Assembly (NCBI GenBank): GCA_046756385.1
Contig: JBHHWG010000002.1
Location: 2,275 to 66,274, forward strand
Direction: 5' to 3'
DNA length: 64,000 bases
From: Sphingomonadales bacterium
GTDB lineage: Bacteria; Pseudomonadota; Alphaproteobacteria; CAZZKF01
How positions within the stretch are numbered: position 1 is the stretch's first letter; each line of letters starts with the position of its first letter. Of this stretch, positions 18,454 to 26,738 are shown one piece after another. The translations under genes were made by a program, and so were the position numbers. The notes beneath the pieces were generated by a model. That model had not been told where the DNA came from and ran no database searches. It saw nothing but the letters and a program-made list of their open reading frames with translations.

Positions 18454-18610
18454 TTTAGTCACGCAACGCTGTGGTGACTAAATGCGGTGATGGGAAGTCC
18501 CCCGGTCCTGAGCCCAGATAATGGGCCAGATAATGGGAATATTGGCCCCGGGTGGGGAATAGCCGGGACCGCCCGTGCGGCCCCGGAACCCCGGAAAGTC
18601 CAAATCAGCC

Positions 18611-19441
18611 TTAGCCTCGGAACAGCGACAGGATCGACTGCGGCGACTGGTTGGCGATTGACAGCGCCTGAACGCCCAGTTGCTGCTTGACCTGCAAGGC
18701 CTGCAACCTCGCGCTCTCCTTGGCCAGGTCCGCGTCCACCAGGTTACCGACGCCGACCTCGATGGTATCGGAAAGTTTGCCTGTAAAGATCTTGTGCCGT
18801 TCCAGCGCCTTGACGCCTGTGCCGAGACGGGCCAAGGCGGCGTTGACATTGGTGATGCTGGTGTCGATTTCCGCAAGCACCGATGCGGCTGTCGTGGCGC
18901 TCGCCCCGATCGTGGTTGTGGTGGAAATCACCAGCGTCGTCCCGGTGAGGCTCAGATCCTCGGGCGAGACGTTAATGGTGGCGGTGCCGGTGTCGTTAGC
19001 CAAAGCCGTGATCGCATCGCCGCCATTCTTGATCATGTTGGTGCCGTTGAATTCGGCGTTTCCAACGATCGTATTGATCTGATCGCGTAACGAGATGAAT
19101 TCGTTATTTAGCGCCGCCCGGCTCGCGGTATCCAGACCGACGTCCGATGCCGCCGCCGCCTTGGCCTTTAAATCGATCAGCAGGTCGGAGATCGACTCGC
19201 CGGCGGCCAGTGCCACCGTGGAGACGCCGATACCACGATCGACACTGTTCATAACAGCGGTCAGGCCTGAAATGTCGGCGCGAAGGTTCTGGGCGATCGC
19301 GAAGATCGCGCCATTGTCTTTAGCGCCGGCCACTTTCAAACCGGTATTGACCCGGTCCTGGGTTTGTTCGAGTGCCCGGGTCGTCTTGTTCAAGTTTTGC
19401 AGGGCGACCAGCGCACTGGGATTTGTATTAATGGAGACCAT
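18611..19441 (-). CDS. Flagellin (short Caulobacter Flj-like) #1
   Basis: SINTN.SALVALQNL; TGLKVAGAKDNGA; FNG.N; GNLVDADLAKESARLQALQVKQQLG.QALSIANQ; AGGAG SD before ATG 19441. Confidence 0.96.
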   Translation of the reverse strand: MVSINTNPSALVALQNLNKTTRALEQTQDRVNTGLKVAGAKDNGAIFAIAQNLRADISGLTAVMNSVDRGIGVSTVALAAGESISDLLIDLKAKAAAASDVGLDTASRAALNNEFISLRDQINTIVGNAEFNGTNMIKNGGDAITALANDTGTATINVSPEDLSLTGTTLVISTTTTIGASATTAASVLAEIDTSITNVNAALARLGTGVKALERHKIFTGKLSDTIEVGVGNLVDADLAKESARLQALQVKQQLGVQALSIANQSPQSILSLFRG

Positions 19442-19511
19442 AGGTTTTCTCCTTGGACTTTCCGTTTCCAAACTCTGAGGCGCAGTCCTGTCTGCGCCAC
19501 GCCCAAGTAAC

Positions 19512-19528
19512 AGCAACAACCGTGCCAA
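19512..19528 (-). promoter_or_regulatory. sigma54 promoter of flagellin #1
   Basis: Minus strand TTGGCACGGTTGTTGCT. Confidence 0.88.
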
Positions 19529-19821
19529 ACCTCAAAACGACCTCTAAGCGATTGTTTTCACGTAATATTTTATTCCGCCCGCCGAGAAAAAGGGGGCCTC
19601 CACCAAGGTAAATATTTCCAACGGGGAAATTTTGTCTGGGCCGGTAGGCAAATCCGTTCCTGTTGCGTGGAGCGGTTTCCGGTCTAATGGAAAGATCGGG
19701 CGCGACCGATTAGCAGTGGAGGAACCTCGGTGCAAAATCGCTGCGGCTTTGGCAGTTGTGGAGCACGCATTGCTAGGCAGGAGGCTGTAACGGAGATCCG
19801 CCACAGGAAGATTTCTGGAAG

Positions 19822-19853
19822 AAAACGGGGAGGGATTGTGACGCCCCTCCCCC
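19822..19853 (-). terminator. Intrinsic terminator of flagellin #2
   Basis: Minus strand GGGGAGGG...CCCTCCCC hairpin followed by GTTTT just after the stop. Confidence 0.65.
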
Positions 19854-19860
19854 CAATTTC

Positions 19861-20688
19861 TTATCCGAATAGACTGACGATAATACCAGGTGCCTGGTTG
19901 GCGATCGCTAACGCCTGCGCGCCAAGTTGCTGCTTGACTTGCAGTGCTTGTAACTTGGCGCTTTCCTTTGCCAGATCGGCATCCACCAGAGAGCCAATTC
20001 CGATTTCAATCACATCAGCGAGTTTGTCGGTGAAAGTTCGCTGAGCCGTGAAGCTTCGGGAACCGGTTCCCAGTGTCGCCAACGCCTTGTTGACATTGGT
20101 GATCGAAGTCTCGAGCTGGGTTACCGCATCGCTGGCGAGTGTTGCAGTATTGATCTGCGTCGCCGCGGTAATCGCGAGGTTGGTTCCTGTCAGTGACAGA
20201 TCCTGCGCGGCAACCGTAATCGAGGACGTACCAACGTCATTAGTGATCGCGGTGACGTCTTTACCTGCATTTTTAATCGCATTGACGCCATTGAACTCCG
20301 CATTCTCGACGATTGTGATGATTTGATCACGCAAGGAGACAAAATCGTCATTGATGGCGGTCCGGCTTGCGGTATCGAGCGAAGAATCCGAGGCCGCAAC
20401 GGCCTTGGATTTAAGTTCGATAAGCAAATCGGATATCGACTCGCCGGCGGCGAGTGCGACATCGACGGTACTGGTAGCCCGGTCAAGACTTTGCTTAACC
20501 GCACTCAGGCCACTCAGATCAGAACGCAAATTTTGAGCAATCGCAAATATAGCGCCGTTATCCTTGGCGCTCGACACCGCAAGACCGGTGTTAATGCGCT
20601 GTTGGTTAACGGACATCTCCGCGGAGGTTTTATTCAGGTTCTGTAGTGCCACCAAAGCACCTGCATTCGTGTTGACAGACAAGGTCAT
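19861..20688 (-). CDS. Flagellin #2
   Basis: Same N- and C-terminal flagellin signatures; 275 aa; AAGGAG SD. Confidence 0.96.
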   Translation of the reverse strand: MTLSVNTNAGALVALQNLNKTSAEMSVNQQRINTGLAVSSAKDNGAIFAIAQNLRSDLSGLSAVKQSLDRATSTVDVALAAGESISDLLIELKSKAVAASDSSLDTASRTAINDDFVSLRDQIITIVENAEFNGVNAIKNAGKDVTAITNDVGTSSITVAAQDLSLTGTNLAITAATQINTATLASDAVTQLETSITNVNKALATLGTGSRSFTAQRTFTDKLADVIEIGIGSLVDADLAKESAKLQALQVKQQLGAQALAIANQAPGIIVSLFG

Positions 20689-20750
20689 GGTTCGCTCCTT
20701 TCTGGATTGATTTGCCGATATGGCATTGGCTTTTTGCCTGACCTTGCATT

Positions 20751-20767
20751 GGCAACAGACGTGCCAA
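20751..20767 (-). promoter_or_regulatory. sigma54 promoter of flagellin #2
   Basis: Minus strand TTGGCACGTCTGTTGCC. Confidence 0.88.
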
Positions 20768-20853
20768 CCCGCACGCGGACTGCATTCCGCTATAACATGT
20801 TGTTTTTATTTGACTTTATAAGCACCACCCAAATCGCCCTGGCACTGGAAGGG

Positions 20854-20868
20854 CGGCAGATATTGCCC
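20854..20868. promoter_or_regulatory. ftr-like FlbD enhancer for flagellin #2
   Basis: CGGCAGATATTGCCC (GGCA-N5-TGCC dyad) about 90 nt upstream of the -24 element, with AT-rich DNA in between. Confidence 0.6.
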
Positions 20869-21049
20869 AAAGGGGTGGAAATTGCCGGGAACACAGCGCC
20901 GGGCAAGTCGGACGAAAGATAAATATTTCTGGTTGTTTGGAGCGGCGGTGACGCTAAGTAAAGGGGCCGATTCGTGCTGGCCGCGGGCTGGGCCGAGCAT
21001 TAGCCACGGTGCTGGCGCGCCGCCTTGAATGGGGCCTGTTAACCGCCGA

Positions 21050-21496
21050 TTAGACCTCGTCGTCGTATATCAGTCCTTGAATCTCACGAAATGTCGCTAT
21101 CCGCTTAAGAATTTCCTCGGGCGGGAACTGCCTTTGGACCTCACCGGTCTCACGATCGATCGATTGATATACGAACTGTCCGGTTTCCTCGTCCCGATCA
21201 ATGTTCAACCGGGTTTCCGGGCCTTTGATCTCGTCGAGAAACTCGTCGATGACCTCCGACACTCTGGCGATCGGATCCTCAGGCACGGCCGAATCCACCC
21301 GATCGGCCGGTTCGGCCGGAACGACGATTTCCGATGCGACTGCCGTTTTCTCGACTTCGTTCGGAGGAATAACGACGCTGTCGCTTCGCTCAGTCTCACT
21401 TGACTCTCGCGGCGGCAACGCATCACGACGCGATTCCGAGGAGATCGACGCCCCTGGGAATCCCATTATATTTCCAAGACTCTTTACCGCTTCCAT
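21050..21496 (-). CDS. flaG: FlaG family flagellar protein
   Basis: C-terminal L.I..DEETG.FV...IDRETGEV.RQFPPEEIL......GLI.D signature. Confidence 0.85.
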   Translation of the reverse strand: MEAVKSLGNIMGFPGASISSESRRDALPPRESSETERSDSVVIPPNEVEKTAVASEIVVPAEPADRVDSAVPEDPIARVSEVIDEFLDEIKGPETRLNIDRDEETGQFVYQSIDRETGEVQRQFPPEEILKRIATFREIQGLIYDDEV

Positions 21497-21716
21497 TACG
21501 TTTTCCTATTTCCACATGGCCCTCGCCTTTATCATCGGCCAAGGCGCCATTCGTCGTAGAAACCCTCACAAATCTCCTTTGCTGCACCAACTTGCATCAA
21601 TACCCCGGTCGAAACTTTGCGTCCCAACGAACAACCTTGCGGCCCAGACTTAATATCCTGGCGATCACGAAGGTGGCGGGGTGAGGCCACGTAACGCCTC
21701 ACCCCTCCGAGCCCGA

Positions 21717-22541
21717 TTAGAATAGTCCGAGGACCGCCGAGGGCGCCTGGTTGGCGATCGACAGGGCCTGTACGCCAAGCTGCTGCTTGACCTGCAAGGC
21801 CTGCAATTTCGCACTTTCCTTCGCCAGATCGGCGTCGACAAGGTTTCCGATGCCAATTTCAATCACATCCGAAAGCTTATTGGTGAACGTCCGTTGCGAC
21901 GCAAAGCTATTGGAGGCGGTGCCGAGAGCACCCAGAGCCTTGTTGACATTGGTGATCGAAGTTTCGATCTGAGTCACCGCGTCGCCCGCCAACGTGGAAG
22001 TGTTGATAGCCGTGGCCGCCGTGATGGCGAGATTGGTACCTGTCAGTGACAGATCCTGAGCCGCCGCGGTAATGGTCGAGGTGCCAATATCGTTGGTGAT
22101 CGCGCTGACAGCCGAGCCACCATTCTTGATCATGTTGGTGCCGTTGAATTCGGCATTGTTGACGACTGTGGTAATTTGATCGCGCAAGGCGACGAAATCG
22201 TCGTTCAACGCGGTTCGACTGGCGGTGTCCAGCGAGGCGTCGGATGCGGCCACCGCCTTCGCTTTCAAGTCAATCAACAGATCCGAGATCGACTCACCAG
22301 CGGCCACCGCGACGTCAACCGTCGAAGCCGCCCGGTCAAGACTTTGCGTCACCGCGCTCAGACCCGAAAGGTCGGACCGCAGATTCTGCGCAATCGCGAA
22401 CACGGCGCCGTCGTCCTTGGCGCTCGCTACCGCCAAACCGGTATTGATGCGCTGTTGAACAGTGGAGAGTTCGGAACCTGTTTTGTTGAGGTTTTGCAGT
22501 GCGATAAGCGCACCAGGGTTCGTGTTAACAGAACCAACCAT
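21717..22541 (-). CDS. Flagellin #3
   Basis: Flagellin signatures; very similar to flagellin #2; AAAGGAG SD before ATG 22541. Confidence 0.96.
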   Translation of the reverse strand: MVGSVNTNPGALIALQNLNKTGSELSTVQQRINTGLAVASAKDDGAVFAIAQNLRSDLSGLSAVTQSLDRAASTVDVAVAAGESISDLLIDLKAKAVAASDASLDTASRTALNDDFVALRDQITTVVNNAEFNGTNMIKNGGSAVSAITNDIGTSTITAAAQDLSLTGTNLAITAATAINTSTLAGDAVTQIETSITNVNKALGALGTASNSFASQRTFTNKLSDVIEIGIGNLVDADLAKESAKLQALQVKQQLGVQALSIANQAPSAVLGLF

Positions 22542-22607
22542 GTGGTTTCTCCTTTCTGAGAAATGTTTGAGCCTTTTGCTCCCGGGCTTTTTGCCCAATC
22601 GCTGTTA

Positions 22608-22624
22608 TGCAACTGGCAGGCCAA
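22608..22624 (-). promoter_or_regulatory. sigma54 promoter of flagellin #3
   Basis: Minus strand TTGGCCTGCCAGTTGCA. Confidence 0.85.
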
Positions 22625-22729
22625 ACTGGGCAGTATTTGCCGTAAAACTCTATGTCATTGTTTTAACAATATTTTTAACACTACAATGCAGGAGGCGGCG
22701 CTGCTTAAAGTCCTAATTCCCATTAGAAG

Positions 22730-22808
22730 CGGCAGATTTTGCCCGGTAATTTTTGCCCACTCGGCAATTTTTGCCCGGCACAATGTGCCTGTTAGGCAAA
22801 AAATGCCG
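22730..22808. promoter_or_regulatory. Array of five ftr-like (FlbD enhancer) dyads
   Basis: CGGCAGATTTTGCCC, CGGTAATTTTTGCCC, CGGCAATTTTTGCCC, CGGCACAATGTGCCT, AGGCAAAAAATGCCG starting at 22730, 22744, 22762, 22776 and 22794. Confidence 0.7.
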
Positions 22809-22907
22809 CCTTTGAGCAGACCGGGGACCGGCAAATGCATAACCAAACCGTGGCCAGCGCCACGGTTAACCTGAGGGAATATAAAATCTAGAGAGTTTTG
22901 AGGGCGG

Positions 22908-23303
22908 TTAGGTGGAGACGGAGCTTCCCGAGACCGGCTGTGACGGGGTATTCGCCTGGCCTTGAGCCAACCCCTCCATGATCATCCTGTTGATGTCGAT
23001 CAGTGCGTCCATATCCGCCTTGCCGAGGGAGACCTGGGTCGAATACCGGCTGACCCACAAGCCGATCGAAATGATTTGCGCGCGCAACTGTTTGGGCAGG
23101 CCATTGCCGGTCGTGGCACAGTCTGTTGACAGCGCCGACCAAAGCCGCCGGTTCCAGTCTATCGCCTCGAAGAATTTCGCATTGCGTTCGCCGGCCTCAT
23201 CCGCCGCCATCAGGGCACGGGTAACCTGGGCAAAAAGCCTGTATTCGGTTTCCCTGGGAGAGCCAGCAATAGTTTGCGTACGCTGATACGCTTTAAGCGA
23301 CAT
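22908..23303 (-). CDS. flaF: Flagellar biosynthesis regulator FlaF
   Basis: MSLKAYQ...SPRETEYRLF; AIDWNRRLWS.L..DC....N.LP..LRA.IISI.LWV; LIDINR.IMEGL. Confidence 0.95.
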   Translation of the reverse strand: MSLKAYQRTQTIAGSPRETEYRLFAQVTRALMAADEAGERNAKFFEAIDWNRRLWSALSTDCATTGNGLPKQLRAQIISIGLWVSRYSTQVSLGKADMDALIDINRMIMEGLAQGQANTPSQPVSGSSVST

Positions 23304-23688
23304 ACTCGAGCCGCTCCCTCTCAAACTCGAACAGCTTCTTGCACTTCATCAGAGCGGGGTAAAAATTATGATTCATCACGTCGCGGCTGATCGCAAGGCA
23401 GTTGGCCAGCGCATCGGGATCCTCGATGACACTCATGAACTCGGTCATGCGGACCACGAAATCGTCGTAATATTCGCTGATCCTGGACGAATCCAGATAC
23501 ATCAGCATAATCGGGAAATAAATGCGCCGTGTCGGCGTATTGGCCTCCTCGGCTTGCATGATGTCCTTTTCCCGGAGCACCGATACCTTGTTTTGAATGA
23601 TCATGCTCGCGCGCCGGTCACCGTTGGTGATCACGGCGCCGTTGATGACCAGTTTTTCGCCTGGTTTAAGAGCAAGTTTGAGTGCCAT
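23293..23688 (-). CDS. flbT: Flagellar biosynthesis repressor FlbT
   Basis: LKL.LKPGEK.VINGAV..NGDRR; LREKDIMQ.EEANTP.RRIYF; Y.AL..C..L..FE. Confidence 0.95.
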   Translation of the reverse strand: MALKLALKPGEKLVINGAVITNGDRRASMIIQNKVSVLREKDIMQAEEANTPTRRIYFPIMLMYLDSSRISEYYDDFVVRMTEFMSVIEDPDALANCLAISRDVMNHNFYPALMKCKKLFEFERERLEYVA

Positions 23689-23987
23689 TTTACTGTCCCG
23701 CCGGTATCCGGCTGCCTCTTAGCAAAAACGGTCCCGTTCCCTTACCAAGGCGTCGTAACATGAATTGTTTCGCATACCTCTGCCTGGAGACTGTTTCTGA
23801 AACCTCGTTTCCTTGCCTCGACAAGCCCCCTAACAATAAAGCTGAAGGCGTGGACCCTAAGAAATAAACTCAAGTCATTGACATATGGTTAATATCTTTT
23901 ACGAGCACGCGCAGCCTGACCGCTCGCATCTCTAGAGATAGTACACGACCGTCAATCGACCCATTTGATCCTTCCGCGAATTCCAGC

Positions 23988-24003
23988 TTAGTTATTTCTT
24001 AAC
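23988..24003 (+). promoter_or_regulatory. CtrA-like box in the flbT/flmG divergent region
   Basis: TTAG-N7-TTAAC about 60 nt upstream of the TPR gene. Confidence 0.55.
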
Positions 24004-24061
24004 CCTACTCATGATCTTTTAAAAGTGTTAAAAGCGGCAACTGTTTTTTGAAAAAAACATC

Positions 24062-25774
24062 ATGGTCCGATCAACGGTAAAACGCGGCGGCGGCACGGGG
24101 ACGCGCGGAAAGCGGGGCTCTACGCGCGCGCGCGATATAAACAAGATTATTACCAAAGGATTGCGGTACGAAAAAAAGGGCAACAAAAAGGCTGCCGCGA
24201 ACTGCTATCTCGAAGCGTTTAACCTGGACCCGAGGAATCTCGATGCGCTCAAGCTGATCGGCAAGACATTGTCCGAACTTGGCAATCGCCACCTCGCCCT
24301 TCAGGTCTTCGAGCAGGCGCTGGCCGGTAACGAGAATGACACGGACGTGATTTCGGCCCTGGGCAACATGGCGCTGGATATGAACTATCCGGAGTTGGCG
24401 CTGAAAATGTTCAGTGTGTTCACGGCCCTCGAACCCGGCTCGTTTGTCGGATACAACAATCAGGCCACGGCGCTCCGGCAGTTGGAGCGCTTCGATGAAG
24501 CCATCGCGACGGTCCAACACGCAATTCCGCTGTTTCCCACCGCCGCCGAATTGTGGAACACCCTGGCGTCGATCGTGACCGAGCGCGACGGCCTTGAGGC
24601 GTCGCTGGTGTTTTATGAAGAAGCCCTCCGGCTCAATCCAAAAATGGTATCGGCGGCCAGCAACCTTGCGCGGGCCTATAATCACACCGGATATTTCGAC
24701 AAGACGATCGAGGTCGCCGGTCGGGCAATCGAGATCGATCCCGAGTTTATCGAAGCCCATTTCGTCATTTCGACGGCATTGCTGGCCACGGGCCAGCTAA
24801 AGCGCGGCTGGGCGGAATATGAATGGCGCAAGCACCCGGCGCGACGCGACGTAACCCTCTATACGCACGGCGTCAAAAGATGGGAGGGCGACGACCTGAC
24901 TGGCAAACGCCTGCTGATCTGTGCCGAACAGGGCATTGGCGACGAGCTGCTGTTCGCCAGTTGCTTTCCGGACATTATTGATAAAGCCGAACAGTTGGTG
25001 ATCGGATGCGATTCCAGGCTTGTTTCACTCTATGAGCGCTCGTTTCCGGGTTCCTTGGTCGGGCACTACGCCGATTTTTACGCCAACGGAACGCGCCACC
25101 GCCACTTCCCGTTTCTCGAGGAAGCCGGGCCGATCGACTTTGCGATCGAGTGCGGCAGCCTGCCCCGGTATCTGCGCTCCGACTTTGACAGCTTCCCGGA
25201 GCGCCGGTCGTTCCTGGAACCCGATCCAGCGCGCGTCGCTCATTGGCGTTCACGCCTCGACGCCATCGACGGCAATCTGAAAGTCGGGATCTGTTGGCGA
25301 AGCGGCGTGATTACCCACGAGCGCAGCAAGGAATATACGTCGCTGGAACAATGGGGACCCATCCTGACCACCCCTGGTGTCACCTTCGTCAATCTTCAAT
25401 ATGACGAGTGCACCGCCGAGCTCGATGCCGCAAAGGAAAAATTCGGCGTCACCATCCATGGCTGGGACGATCTTGACCTCAAAAACGATTTCGAGGCCAC
25501 CACTTCACTTTCCAGGGCGCTTGATCTGGTGATTTGCCCGACCACCGCACCGGGCATCACCGCCGCGTCGGTCGGCACCGAATGGTGGGCGCTGGCCAGA
25601 ATCCAGCCGTGGTGGTGTTACGGCCAGGAGCAAAGCCCGGAAGTCAAGGTCTGCACCATTATGCTGGTGCCCGAAGGCGGCGACTGGGGCGATGTGACAG
25701 CGGAACTCGGGCTCAAGCTTGACGCGCTGGTCAAGAGATCGGTCAACGGTTCCGATGCGGCCGACAACGGATAA
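24062..25774 (+). CDS. flmG: TPR + GT-B flagellin O-glycosyltransferase, FlmG-like
   Basis: N-terminal TPR repeats; GW.EYEWR; W.G.DL.GKRLL..AEQGIGDE..FA; VGICW.SG; FVNLQY; LDLVI; located next to flagellins, flaF/flbT and pse genes. Confidence 0.75.
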   Translation: MVRSTVKRGGGTGTRGKRGSTRARDINKIITKGLRYEKKGNKKAAANCYLEAFNLDPRNLDALKLIGKTLSELGNRHLALQVFEQALAGNENDTDVISALGNMALDMNYPELALKMFSVFTALEPGSFVGYNNQATALRQLERFDEAIATVQHAIPLFPTAAELWNTLASIVTERDGLEASLVFYEEALRLNPKMVSAASNLARAYNHTGYFDKTIEVAGRAIEIDPEFIEAHFVISTALLATGQLKRGWAEYEWRKHPARRDVTLYTHGVKRWEGDDLTGKRLLICAEQGIGDELLFASCFPDIIDKAEQLVIGCDSRLVSLYERSFPGSLVGHYADFYANGTRHRHFPFLEEAGPIDFAIECGSLPRYLRSDFDSFPERRSFLEPDPARVAHWRSRLDAIDGNLKVGICWRSGVITHERSKEYTSLEQWGPILTTPGVTFVNLQYDECTAELDAAKEKFGVTIHGWDDLDLKNDFEATTSLSRALDLVICPTTAPGITAASVGTEWWALARIQPWWCYGQEQSPEVKVCTIMLVPEGGDWGDVTAELGLKLDALVKRSVNGSDAADNG

Positions 25775-25844
25775 GCTTGAATAACAGCGTGCCAGCCCTT
25801 AGTTATTGGCCCCATTGAACCCCACGGAAATGCGGCCTGACACC

Positions 25845-26690
25845 ATGAAATTTACCGGCACTGACAGTTATGTAACCACCGACGACCTGATGGTCGCGGT
25901 TAATGCGGCGATCACGCTCGGCCGGCCATTGCTCGTTAAAGGCGAGCCTGGCACGGGCAAAACCATTCTTGCCGCCGAGATCGCGAAGGCGCTGGGCAAG
26001 CCCTTGATCGAGTGGCACGTAAAGTCGACGACCAAAGCCCAGCAGGGTTTGTACGAATATGACGCGGTGTCACGGCTGAGGGATTCCCAACTGGGAGATG
26101 ACCGGGTCCACGACATCGCCAATTACATCCAGCGCGGCAAGCTGTGGGAGGCGTTCGACGCCAATGAGCCGCCGGTGCTGCTGATCGACGAAATCGACAA
26201 GGCCGATATTGAGTTTCCCAACGATCTGCTGCTCGAACTCGATCGCATGGAGTTTTTCGTCTACGAGACCAAGCAGACGGTTAAGGCCGCGCATCGGCCG
26301 ATCATGCTGATAACCTCGAACAACGAGAAGGAACTGCCCGACGCTTTCCTGCGCCGCTGTTTCTTCCATTACATTCGCTTCCCCGACCAGGACACGATGA
26401 GAGATATCGTCAATGTACACTTTCCCGGCATTCACAGGAATTTGGTGAGGGAGGCACTGACCGTGTTCTACGAGGTGCGCGAAGTGCCGGGCCTGAAAAA
26501 GAAACCTTCGACTTCGGAACTGCTCGATTGGCTGAAACTGCTGTTGGCCGAGGATGTCGACCCGGCGGTACTGCGTGAGCGCGACCCGAACAAGGTGATC
26601 CCGCCCCTTCACGGCGCGCTCTTGAAAAACGAGCAGGACGTGCATCTGTTCGAGCGCCTGGCGTTCATGAACCGGCATCGGCAGGCCTGA
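25845..26690 (+). CDS. MoxR family AAA+ ATPase
   Basis: GEPGTGKT Walker A; LLIDEIDKAD Walker B; TSNNEKELPDAFLRRC. Confidence 0.93.
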   Translation: MKFTGTDSYVTTDDLMVAVNAAITLGRPLLVKGEPGTGKTILAAEIAKALGKPLIEWHVKSTTKAQQGLYEYDAVSRLRDSQLGDDRVHDIANYIQRGKLWEAFDANEPPVLLIDEIDKADIEFPNDLLLELDRMEFFVYETKQTVKAAHRPIMLITSNNEKELPDAFLRRCFFHYIRFPDQDTMRDIVNVHFPGIHRNLVREALTVFYEVREVPGLKKKPSTSELLDWLKLLLAEDVDPAVLRERDPNKVIPPLHGALLKNEQDVHLFERLAFMNRHRQA

Positions 26691-26738
26691 GCATCGAACA
26701 GCCTGGCTTAACGGCTCACAACGCGACAAGATAAGCCC

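Noticed and set aside
22730-22808. Short repeated units considered as a CRISPR or REP array
   Set aside because: Units are 15 nt, degenerate, lack unique spacers and no cas genes are present; better explained as ftr-like enhancers
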